Source: Actinomycetota bacterium
Lineage (GTDB): Bacteria; Actinomycetota; UBA4738; HRBIN12
Length of the DNA: 56,466 nt
Direction of reading: 5' to 3'
Assembly: GCA_016201135.1 (NCBI GenBank)
Contig: JACQDK010000005.1
Coordinates: 1-56,466, forward strand
The position numbers were made by a program, and so were the translations under genes. The notes beneath the pieces were generated by a model that worked only from the letters and a program-made list of their open reading frames with translations, made no database searches and had not been told where the DNA came from. Below, in pieces: positions 56,265 to 56,466 of this stretch. Numbering within the stretch: position 1 is the first letter of the stretch; the number at the start of each line of letters is the position of its first letter.

Positions 56265-56368
56265 ACGTGCCAGGATCCGTCGCGGCCGGTCTGATCGAAC
56301 TCCTGGCGAGCATGGCGTTTCATGTGGGTCAAGTCCTGAGACTCCTGTAAAAGCGGCGACCTGAGTCA

Positions 56369-56466
56369 TCACGCGATCTTCCTCTTGCGGTCGCGCACCT
56401 CCTTCTTCTCTGTCGGCGTCGGCGGCGGATCGATTCCGAGCTCTGTCCGAAGCAGGCGCAGCTGAT
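56369..56466 (-). CDS. C-terminus of a CDS entering from beyond the window
   Basis: ...QLRLLRTELGIDPPPTPTEKKEVRDRKRKIA*; family not identifiable. Confidence 0.5.
   Translation of the reverse strand, partial: QLRLLRTELGIDPPPTPTEKKEVRDRKRKIA

Noticed and set aside
1-56466. Genome-wide TAG reassignment
   Set aside because: TAG terminates many genes at their expected C-termini (e.g. 4973, 8131, 19817, 35214, 42939); only one internal TAG was found.

Overview
High-GC (about 70% by eye) bacterial DNA, most likely an uncultured Actinomycetota (inferred from a PASTA Ser/Thr kinase, DosR/DevR-like boxes and group III Pfk enzymes). Positions 1-40.7 kb are a methylated-amine catabolic island. It encodes GmaS, a GAF-PucR regulator interrupted by an in-frame TAG, and two paralogous N-methylglutamate synthase (mgsABC-like) operons. 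The first mgs operon has its own divergent gamma-glutamyl-amine ligase, a PuuD-like hydrolase and an FAD oxidoreductase; the second has a heterotetrameric sarcosine-oxidase-like N-methylglutamate dehydrogenase. The island also carries a trimethylamine dehydrogenase-ETF-GcvT-membrane FeS oxidoreductase operon behind tandem DosR-like boxes, an ACAD-fold flavoprotein-TMAO demethylase (Tdm)-PhyH operon, an APC permease, and a split selenocysteine formate dehydrogenase with an fdhF-like SECIS. The rest holds an RTX-repeat secreted protein, short tandem repeats, an ArcE-like/carbamate kinase pair, tandem ATP- and PPi-type Pfks, ltaE, a sulfite-oxidase-like enzyme, nfo, a PASTA kinase, a TPP riboswitch-thiGHSE operon and a lower-GC tail. 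Both TMA routes make dimethylamine, yet no known DMA-demethylating enzyme and no Tmm are in the window. The second glutamylation module and the ACAD-fold protein are therefore the best candidates for undescribed chemistry. All family calls come from motif recognition and recall; no database searches were run.
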